This document shows, one piece after another, positions 18,402 to 26,121 of a stretch of DNA of 64,000 nucleotides. The notes beneath the pieces are model-generated. The model was not told the origin of the DNA and ran no database searches. It worked only from the letters and a program-made list of their open reading frames with translations. Position 1 is the stretch's first letter, and each line of letters starts with the position of its first letter. Source of the stretch: Chitinophagales bacterium (lineage in GTDB: Bacteria > Bacteroidota > Bacteroidia > Chitinophagales > CAVYQA01); NCBI GenBank assembly GCA_963770495.1, contig CAVYQA010000002.1, positions 16,955 through 80,954 of the forward strand, read 5' to 3'. A program made the translations under genes and the position numbers.

Positions 18402-18937
18402 TGGTATCAATTTAGCATTAAACACAAATAAAGCGTTTACACTAAGACAATAGTTACATAAATTATGCCACAAGATAGTAATATTTTATAATAAATGTAA
18501 TACCCAATTATGAACCGATGTTACAAAGTGTAGCAAATACTGAACGGCAGGGTTTAATTGCAGAAAGGTAAAAAGTTTTAAAAGTGACGCGACTATTTTT
18601 ATGGTTTACACATTTTTATTTATTTATTTGTTGCTCAACAAATTACAACAAACCGGTAAACCATCATTCTTGACGTTTTCCTGACAAAGTAAACCGAAAA
18701 TAAATGGTAAATAAAGTCAGAACAATTACTTTTTACCGTACAAAATTTTCAAAGAACGATCTTAGAAAACAAAATTAGTGATATAAGTAATACCGTTAGA
18801 AAAGTTGGGACAAGAAGTTTTAGAATAAAAGAATATGGCTTTAAGTGAAAATGGGTTCGGGGTGGGGAAGGAATATTCACGGTAATAAAGTTGCCGGGTA
18901 GTTTTTTATTCATCCAAAAAATAGTTATTTTGCTCTT

Positions 18938-19306
18938 ATGAGAAAAGACCAGAAACATAACCTGGATTATTTAAAGCAGCGTCGCCGTGATTTACGTAAA
19001 CGCCTCACGCCGGCAGAAGCCACTCTTTGGAAACAATTGCAGAATCGTAAATTAAATAACAGAAAATTCACCAAACAACACAGCATAGAAAACTTTATTG
19101 TTGATTTTTATTGTTCTGAAGAAAAATTGGTAATTGAATTAGATGGGTAAGGACACAATAATTTGGGACAGGTGAATTATGATGAAGAACGCGATAACAG
19201 GTTACAGAAATTAGGTTTTAAAGTTTTACGGTTTGAGAATAAACTTGTTTTTGATAATTTGGATTATGTGCTAATGAGTATTTGCGCCTGTTTTAAATTC
19301 ACTTAA
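18938..19306 (+). pseudogene. DUF559 (Vsr-like endonuclease domain) gene with an in-frame TAA at 19148-19150
   Basis: LTPAEATLWKQLQNRKL...FIVDFYCSEEKLVIELDG*GH...ERDNRLQKLGFKVLRFEN. The same frame continues to the TAA at 19304-19306. Confidence 0.8.
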
Positions 19307-19325
19307 ACTATCATTACACACCCAA

Positions 19326-19472
19326 CTCCCCTCCTGTTTTTAGGAGGGGACAGAGCGATGAGCGCAGCCGGGAGGTTTTTTTTAATTAAATAATATTAGC
19401 TGATTTTTTTAACAGACTTGACCTCCCCGGCTCCCCGCAAAGCTTAGCCCCCTCCTAAAAACAGGAGGGGAG
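19326..19472. repeat. ~147-bp foldback element with two GC-rich hairpins in opposite orientation
   Basis: tcccctcctgtttttaggagggga (19327-19350) and cccctcctaaaaacaggagggg (19449-19470) are reverse complements. Inner arms gccgggaggt / acctccccggc, with an AT-rich centre. Confidence 0.7.
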
Positions 19473-19571
19473 CTTTAAGGTCAGTGTGTTTTTCAATTGC
19501 CGCGCCTGTTAAGGCGCGGTGAAATAATAAAAGAATAAGGGCTTTAGGTGAAAATGGGGTTGGGGGTGAGG

Positions 19572-19616
19572 TACCTGTTTTCAGGTATATTGCAAAATAC
19601 CTGTTTCTGGGTATAT
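19572..19616 (+). promoter_or_regulatory. two dyad-like direct repeats upstream of the island operon (possible operator)
   Basis: tacctgttttcaggtatat (19572-19590; perfect TACCTG-N4-CAGGTA) and tacctgtttctgggtatat (19598-19616), 26 bp apart and 66-110 nt upstream of the ATG at 19682. Confidence 0.25.
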
Positions 19617-19681
19617 ATTATATGTAATATTTATTGCAGTTTTGTTGAGGGAAATATTTAAGTAACTTTAATTAAAAAAAT

Positions 19682-20110
19682 ATGCTTAATACCCCTAGAG
19701 GAAAACTTGGAATTGCTTATGCAGTTATTCTAATAAGTATTTTACTCTTAATAAGACTTCATTTCTTCTATGACTATTATACAGAGAATGATTTTTTGTA
19801 CTTACCGTGTCGATTTTGGTGGTCTTTGGAAAGCATTCTTTTAGCTTTTGTAGTTATTGTTTTTAATGGCGCAAAAAACGATACAAGAAAATGGAAACAA
19901 ATTTTGATACCTTATTTAATAACTTACCCAATCTATATAGTTGTTATAAGCTGCCTTTTATTTGCTTTTGCCAATTCAAACGATGAATTAAAAAACAACT
20001 TGTACTACCCTTTTTCATTTGGTATGGGCATCTTTTTGGGAAGGTTAACCGATAAAATTATTAATAACCTATCTTCTTGGATTGAAAAAATGACTGATAA
20101 GATAACATAA
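19682..20110 (+). CDS. hypothetical small integral membrane protein (about 4 TM)
   Basis: 142 aa with four hydrophobic segments. AT-rich codon usage. Lies 12 nt upstream of the next ORF, so probably an operon. Confidence 0.55.
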   Translation: MLNTPRGKLGIAYAVILISILLLIRLHFFYDYYTENDFLYLPCRFWWSLESILLAFVVIVFNGAKNDTRKWKQILIPYLITYPIYIVVISCLLFAFANSNDELKNNLYYPFSFGMGIFLGRLTDKIINNLSSWIEKMTDKIT

Positions 20111-20122
20111 TCCTTATATATT

Positions 20123-20797
20123 ATGAGTAAAAGTGATAAACTCAATCAACTCTTTGAAAAATGGCAAAAGGTTAACCCCGCCTATGAAGAAAATTTTAGG
20201 TATGACGGAATAATCAATGAAGACTGTTATGAAAAAGCAAAACATAAAATTCTATTTATTTGTAAAGAACCTAATGGTAAAAACCATGAAGGGCATATAG
20301 GTGATTTCAGAAAGGAATGGAATGAAGAAGGGGCACAATACCCTTTTTCATATAGAATTGCTGAATGGTCATACGGTATTTTGAATAATTTTCCTTATTT
20401 AGATAATATTTACAATTCTGAAAATTGGGAAATTCCTTATAAAAATGCTTTGCGCTCCATTGCATTTATGAATCTGAAAAAAAGTGCCGGTAAAGGAACA
20501 TCAGAGTATTCTACTATGATAAAAGTCTTAGAGAATAGAGAAGAGAAAAAATATATACTTGATGAAATAAAAATTATTGATCCTGAAATAATTATTTTAG
20601 GTTTAACATGGAAAGAATTAAGCATTGAATTGATTAATGATATTGAATGGACTAACTCAGGGTATCAAATACTAATTGGCAAATGGGGGAAAAGAAAGGT
20701 TATAAATTTTTATCACCCATCATCGCGGAATGCACCATCAGCTGCATATTCATTGTTACAAAACATAGTTAGATCAAAAGAGTTTATTAATCTTTAA
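20123..20797 (+). CDS. hypothetical protein with uracil-DNA-glycosylase-superfamily-like motifs
   Basis: KILFICKEPNG (compare motif 1, GxxPG), SIAFMNLKKS (compare family-4 TNxVK), VINFYHPSSRN (compare HPSPRN/HPSPL motif 2). The order and spacing are plausible for the UDG fold. Confidence 0.55.
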   Translation: MSKSDKLNQLFEKWQKVNPAYEENFRYDGIINEDCYEKAKHKILFICKEPNGKNHEGHIGDFRKEWNEEGAQYPFSYRIAEWSYGILNNFPYLDNIYNSENWEIPYKNALRSIAFMNLKKSAGKGTSEYSTMIKVLENREEKKYILDEIKIIDPEIIILGLTWKELSIELINDIEWTNSGYQILIGKWGKRKVINFYHPSSRNAPSAAYSLLQNIVRSKEFINL

Positions 20798-20852
20798 TAT
20801 TTAGTTTGTGGTTGGTGGATTTTATTTGAGTTTTTTTAATACCAAACACGAC

Positions 20853-21962
20853 TTAGTCTCCTGTTTCTTTTTCTTTCCAAATTGAAGTTGAGTATCCTGT
20901 TTTACCATCAATTAAAGGAAGTCTTTTAGTAAATGCTTCTTCAGGATTGAATATTGCTTCTTGTTGCATTATAAAATTAATAAGATGAATTGAAATTGGA
21001 ACACCGAGTGCAATTCTAATTTTGATTAAAATTTGTCCAATATAAATAATGTCATTTAACCAGTCTACCGCTTCTTCTAGTGTAATAACAAGAGTAGGTG
21101 GGTCAAAATGATTAAGATGATTTCTTAAAGTCTTTAATTTATTAAGTTTAGGTAGTTCGGCATCAATATCCAAATTGTTGCCTGTAATTTGATACACCCA
21201 ATGCAATTTATCTTTTAATCTCCTATTGTTTCTATCACCAAGTTTTTCTTTGTCAAAAATATTCCACCCCTTTTCTGGTGCGTACTTTGCCTTTATGTAA
21301 ATCTGAATAAGTGTTATTTCAAGAAGAGAAATTGAGTCATTAATTAGAGCTCTTAAATCTAAAATCCATTCAGGTTTTAGGCAATTTTCCGAATTCTCAA
21401 TTAGTAATTTTCTCTCTCTAATAATCCTCTTTATAAGTTGTGGTTGGAACGTTGTAAAAATGTGCCCTTCACGGTCCAATTTCGGTATTATAGGATATTT
21501 ATTTCCATATTGCATTTGAGGGGTTCCATCAACAACAAACACCGCTTCTTTATTTTTATCTTCGAAAAAATGGTAGTTTATACTTAGGTCTAAAGATATG
21601 TCAAGCCAAAAACACTCCATAGAAGGAAGATTAAATTTTAATGGCTCAAATTCTCCATCGTCCTTAAGTGTTTTAGTAAATAAAAGATAATTTATGTTTT
21701 TAGATTCAAGAGTTTCCTTTGTTTTAGGATGTTGCCATTTTATACGATAGTTATTATTGTCCTTTTTCCATTGCTTGCTTGTTTGTCTTATTTCTTTTAA
21801 ATAAAAGCTCGTTAAAATTTTTGCGGCGTGAGTTAGGAATCCGGTTATAGGTTTGCCAGTAAACAAAATATATTTATGATTGGGATCCCGTTCATATCCT
21901 TGTTGTCTTAATGCTGATAAAAGTTTACCATCCATATTAAGAATAAATTTCTCATTACTCAT
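20853..21962 (-). CDS. hypothetical protein, helical C-terminal half with a HEPN-like R-x4-H motif
   Basis: KLKTLRNHLNHFDPP (R-N-x3-H) sits in a predicted all-alpha C-terminal half. The N-terminal ~200 aa is unassigned. Very AT-rich. Confidence 0.5.
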   Translation of the reverse strand: MSNEKFILNMDGKLLSALRQQGYERDPNHKYILFTGKPITGFLTHAAKILTSFYLKEIRQTSKQWKKDNNNYRIKWQHPKTKETLESKNINYLLFTKTLKDDGEFEPLKFNLPSMECFWLDISLDLSINYHFFEDKNKEAVFVVDGTPQMQYGNKYPIIPKLDREGHIFTTFQPQLIKRIIRERKLLIENSENCLKPEWILDLRALINDSISLLEITLIQIYIKAKYAPEKGWNIFDKEKLGDRNNRRLKDKLHWVYQITGNNLDIDAELPKLNKLKTLRNHLNHFDPPTLVITLEEAVDWLNDIIYIGQILIKIRIALGVPISIHLINFIMQQEAIFNPEEAFTKRLPLIDGKTGYSTSIWKEKETGD

Positions 21963-22227
21963 TGGAATTGATTTTAAATTAAAATATGCCCCTTTTGGTT
22001 TTTAATCATTTACATTCTATCATAAATATAAAATTTTATTATCTATAATCAATATGCCGTGTCGCGTATCTCACACCCCGCGCCCAAAAAAGCTGTCCCA
22101 ACTTCTCGCACAGTGTAACTTCTAAAAGTAATTTTGTAAATCGTTCTTTGAAATGCTGTTTAGTTAAAGGTAGCCTTGCCACCCTCTAACTCCCTAAAGG
22201 GAGAACCGCTCCGCTCACCACAAACCC

Positions 22228-22256
22228 AAAGTCCCCTTCAGGGGATTTAGGGGTGA
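22228..22256 (-). repeat. 27-nt hairpin repeat family copy (reverse orientation)
   Basis: aaagtccccttcaggggatttaggggtga. Confidence 0.7.
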
Positions 22257-22442
22257 TTTGGTTTTTATAACGACAACAAAAGCGACAACAAACTGACAAG
22301 AACCGCAGATAAAATTTCCTGACGGGGTTGTTATAATGCATTGAATAACAAAAAAATAAAAAAATGAATGTCAGAAACGCTAAAATTGTTGTCGGTTTAT
22401 AAAACCTTTTACCTGTCTCGTTCGCAAAAAGACGAATCCGTC

Positions 22443-22955
22443 CTATGGTGGAGGGAGGAGGTTTAACACACCGCTCACTTTAGCTTCATGCTCCAGCAGC
22501 CATTGTTTGCGCCACAAGCCGCCGCCATAGCCAATCAGCGAGCCATCGCTGCCAATAACCCGGTGGCAGGGAACAATTACACACACATTATTACTGCCGT
22601 TAGCCGTGCCCACCGCCCTTATACTTTTCGGGTTGCCGATTTTCTTAGCCAGTTGCAGGTAGGATATGGTTTTCCCAAGCGGAATATTGCGCAGTTCCTG
22701 CCACACTTTTTGCTGAAACGGCGTTCCTTCCTGCTCTATTGGCAGTGTAAACGCTGCCCGCTTACCGCTGAAATATTCGGTTAACTGTTTCACACAGTCT
22801 TTAAGCACCTTTGGCGGGTGCGAGCTTTCATGCTCTAAATTTTCGGTAAGAAGAACGGAAACAACCGCCTCATCAGTGGTTTTTATTTCGGCATAACCTA
22901 TAGGCGAATGCAGATATGACGTATACAAATCAGTGCGGGGTGCAGCGATTTTCAT
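22443..22955 (-). CDS. ogt: methylated-DNA--protein-cysteine methyltransferase
   Basis: VIVPCHRVIGSDGSLIGYGGG active-site PCHR motif, with an HTH-like region TISYLQLAKKIG. Confidence 0.9.
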   Translation of the reverse strand: MKIAAPRTDLYTSYLHSPIGYAEIKTTDEAVVSVLLTENLEHESSHPPKVLKDCVKQLTEYFSGKRAAFTLPIEQEGTPFQQKVWQELRNIPLGKTISYLQLAKKIGNPKSIRAVGTANGSNNVCVIVPCHRVIGSDGSLIGYGGGLWRKQWLLEHEAKVSGVLNLLPPP

Positions 22956-22960
22956 ATCGC

Positions 22961-23398
22961 TTACCTGATTTTCCCGTCAATATAATCGTGCAGTTGCTCA
23001 ATGGTTTCCTGTTGCGATAAAATAGTTTCTCTTATCACATCATTAACGGAAATAATGCCATAGATCTTCTCGCCGTTAAACACCGGCAGGTAGTGTATGT
23101 TGTGCTCTGCCAATAAATGCATACATTCCTCAACCGATTCATTGGGGGAAATACGGGGCAAATCGGTAGTCATAATATCGGCAACATAGGTATGGTTGGA
23201 GGACTTACCTTTGAGAATAACTTTGCGCGAATAGTCGCGCTCAGTCACCAGCCCCACAAAAACCTCTCCGTCCATTACAATAATAGAACCGATATTATTT
23301 TCTGCCATTAGCTTTAAGGCATCAATGACAAGCGTCTCCTGAGGAACGGTAAACATCCGTCTGCCTCTCCTGTCGAAAATATCAGATACTTTTTTCAT
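22961..23398 (-). CDS. CBS-domain pair protein
   Basis: Start chosen at MKKVSDIF (23398). Two CBS repeats (IGSIIVMDGEVFVGLVTERD, IHYLPVFNGEKIYGIISVND). Confidence 0.8.
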   Translation of the reverse strand: MKKVSDIFDRRGRRMFTVPQETLVIDALKLMAENNIGSIIVMDGEVFVGLVTERDYSRKVILKGKSSNHTYVADIMTTDLPRISPNESVEECMHLLAEHNIHYLPVFNGEKIYGIISVNDVIRETILSQQETIEQLHDYIDGKIR

Positions 23399-23476
23399 AA
23401 CTGCAATTTTATAGGTTAAATAAGATAAGTCTCCAAAGTAAATATAATAATAACTTTGCAAAAAAACAAATAAAAA

Positions 23477-24685
23477 ATGATGCACACGTCTATCGGCTTC
23501 GGCTCGTCCTGTATTCATAGCGACTATGAACAAAAAACCGGCGCCCCGCACATGGAGCCCATCCATGCCACCACCACATTTTCATATGAGGATGCCTCTG
23601 AACTGATGCGTGTTTTCCGCGGCGATAAGGAAGGATACATCTACAGCCGGTGGCAAAACCCCACCATAGAACTGGTGGCGCAAAAGATTGCCCGCCTTGA
23701 GGCTCACCGCATAAACACCGCCCCTGTCGAATTATACTGCAATTTGTTCAGCTCGGGCATGGGCGCCATAACGGCGTTATTTTTATCGCAATTAAAACCG
23801 GGGGAAAAAGTAATTACCCAGGGCAATTTATACGGCGGCACCAATGAACTATTACAAAATATATTGACGGGGTTAAAAATCGAGCCGGTATTTACCCATC
23901 TTAAAAATCTGAATCATGTTGAGGATTTGGTGAAGAAAGATGCCTCTATAAAAATGATATATGTTGAAACACCTGCCAATCCTACCATTGACTGTTATGA
24001 TTTGAAAGGGCTTTCGCAGATTGGCAAAAGACACCATCTTATTTTAGCTGCCGACAACACGTTTGCCACACCCTATCTGCAACAGCCATTTAAATATGAT
24101 TTTGATTTTGTGGTTCACTCTACCACAAAATATCTTAACGGTCATGGTAATGCCACAGGCGGTGCATTGGTTGGAAGGGATGTAGAATATATGAAGAAGG
24201 AATTTTTTCATATTTTCAAATTATTGGGCGCCAACTCCAATGCCTTTGATGCCTGGCTGTTGAATAACGGGCTAAAAACGCTTGAACTGCGCATGGACCG
24301 CCATTGCGCCAATGCGTTCACGGTGGCTGAAGTGCTTGAAAAACATCCTAAGGTGGCGCGCGTAAATTACTGCGGGCTTCCGTCACATCCTGATTATGCT
24401 GTCGCGAAAAAACAAATGCACCAATTTGGGGGAATGTTAAGTTTTGAGCTAAAGGGCGGAATGGAAGCGGGAGTAGCCATGATGAATAAAATAAATTTCT
24501 GCACCCTGGCTGTTTCACTGGGCACCGTGGATACTATCATTCAGCACCCCGCCTCGATGAGTCATTTAAAAATGGAAAAATCACAGCGCGAACTATACGG
24601 CATTACCGACGGCTTGATACGCCTGTCGGTAGGCATTGAAAATGTGGAAGACATTATTGCCGACCTTGACCGGGCGATGGGTTGA
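23477..24685 (+). CDS. Cys/Met-metabolism PLP-dependent enzyme (cystathionine gamma-synthase, methionine gamma-lyase or OAH sulfhydrylase family)
   Basis: YSRWQNPT, HSTTKYLNGHG (PLP lysine), SLGTVDTIIQHPASMSH. Confidence 0.85.
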   Translation: MMHTSIGFGSSCIHSDYEQKTGAPHMEPIHATTTFSYEDASELMRVFRGDKEGYIYSRWQNPTIELVAQKIARLEAHRINTAPVELYCNLFSSGMGAITALFLSQLKPGEKVITQGNLYGGTNELLQNILTGLKIEPVFTHLKNLNHVEDLVKKDASIKMIYVETPANPTIDCYDLKGLSQIGKRHHLILAADNTFATPYLQQPFKYDFDFVVHSTTKYLNGHGNATGGALVGRDVEYMKKEFFHIFKLLGANSNAFDAWLLNNGLKTLELRMDRHCANAFTVAEVLEKHPKVARVNYCGLPSHPDYAVAKKQMHQFGGMLSFELKGGMEAGVAMMNKINFCTLAVSLGTVDTIIQHPASMSHLKMEKSQRELYGITDGLIRLSVGIENVEDIIADLDRAMG

Positions 24686-25112
24686 TAATTAATATGCCAA
24701 TATGCCGATGTGCTAATGTGCCGATGAAAAAAATTTGAACGTTGTAAGGTTAAAAAGTTTTTTGAATTCAGAATAATGAATATTGAATTATTAATATCGA
24801 AGTGAAAAGCGTAATCATTTTACTAAGCATAAATCACGGAAGTTCTCTCCCCTTTGGGGAGAGTTAGAGAGGGGCAGATAAAACTATTAATAATCATTTA
24901 AATTATTTCCCCTTCATTATTCATAATTCGATATTCTGTTGTTCATAATTCAATTTTGTCATTTCTTAGCGTTTCAGTGCCCTGGCAGTTACATATATTT
25001 TTTATCCACAGGATAAATTACCTATAAGGTTACCATTGTTAACATCTTTATGTGTTCCGTAATACTTGCTAATTATATCAATAGTAATTTGGCAACAATT
25101 TAACAGCGCACT

Positions 25113-26096
25113 ATGGAAGCTATTTTTGCTATGGTAATGACGACGGTAGCCACCAATAACCAAACCCCCGATGATGATATTATTACCGAGGCGCGCCTAT
25201 TATTCAATAAAATAAACCAGACCACCAACAGGTGCACTATTACAGGTGTACAGAATGAAGTGAGCAGCGAAATAAGCCGGCTGGAAAACCGGCTAAGCGA
25301 GGCAAAAGGCGATAAAGCGAAGTTTTATATTTGTAAAGCCTGTGATTTATACTGCATCATTTACAAAACACCGGAAGAACGATTGTCCTACCTGCAAAAG
25401 ATGATAACTATTATTGAAACACCCGGCGCAGATATCCCGAACAGGGAAAAAGCCCTTACGCGGTTTAAGATAGCCGATGTGTTATATGATGAAAACAAAA
25501 TTGAGGAGGCGCACACCTATATTTATAATTTATATAAATCGGAGCCGGAAAGTTTTAAGGAGTTGTTATCGGGCTATCAACTGCTTGTTGAAACCTCCAT
25601 TTTGCTTAAAAAATATGATTTAGCTGAAAAGATTTTAAACGATGAATTTAGTAAAAGCATAGAACTGCAAACGGAGCCCTATTGCAAATTCGCCCATCTT
25701 AATTATGCAAAGCTATACCTGCATAAAGCTGACTATGAGAAAGCCATTACCCATATTATTGAAACCAAACACATGCGTAAAAGCGAGCTGAATATGTTGC
25801 TGGAAGCGCAGATTCGTATTTACGAAACTATTTATTTTTTCCTTATCGGCGATGTGGATTATGCCAGCCAGTTAATAACTATTAATCTTAAGTTTTGCGA
25901 ATTTCATAATATCGGCGACCGCAGCCCGGAGATAAAAGAGATATTTAATACGGTCAATGAACTGATACAAGCCCGGCTAAACAACAGCACCATTACAATA
26001 AAAACTATGGACTCTCTAAATCGGTTTCAAACCGGACCCTGGAGAATTTTCGGCGAACTGCTGATGCGCTTGCCTAAAAAACTTAGCGCTGAATAA
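25113..26096 (+). CDS. hypothetical all-alpha (TPR-like) protein
   Basis: 327 aa with repeated helical hairpin-like segments (KIEEAHTYIYNLYK, DYEKAITHIIETK). No catalytic motif recognised. Confidence 0.45.
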   Translation: MEAIFAMVMTTVATNNQTPDDDIITEARLLFNKINQTTNRCTITGVQNEVSSEISRLENRLSEAKGDKAKFYICKACDLYCIIYKTPEERLSYLQKMITIIETPGADIPNREKALTRFKIADVLYDENKIEEAHTYIYNLYKSEPESFKELLSGYQLLVETSILLKKYDLAEKILNDEFSKSIELQTEPYCKFAHLNYAKLYLHKADYEKAITHIIETKHMRKSELNMLLEAQIRIYETIYFFLIGDVDYASQLITINLKFCEFHNIGDRSPEIKEIFNTVNELIQARLNNSTITIKTMDSLNRFQTGPWRIFGELLMRLPKKLSAE

Positions 26097-26121
26097 ATAA
26101 TAATTAACTACTCTATTTTTT

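Noticed and set aside
18749-18958. 69-aa minus-strand ORF
   Set aside because: It spans the left inverted-repeat arm and the DUF559-flanking direct repeat and overlaps the DUF559 start. Its composition is that of translated AT-rich repeat DNA.
23399-23476. Possible SAM riboswitch upstream of the Cys/Met PLP enzyme gene, and a possible cobalamin riboswitch upstream of the mutase gene (51108-51181)
   Set aside because: The spacers are only ~75 nt and AT-rich. I could not recognise any of the conserved cores, such as a B12 box or SAM-I junction.
22961-23566. Long 201-aa form of the CBS-domain ORF
   Set aside because: The first 56 codons (MDGLHVRGAGFLFIV...) run through the AT-rich promoter region and overlap the divergent PLP-enzyme gene start. 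A good start, MKKVSDIF, at 23398 gives a normal 145-aa CBS pair.
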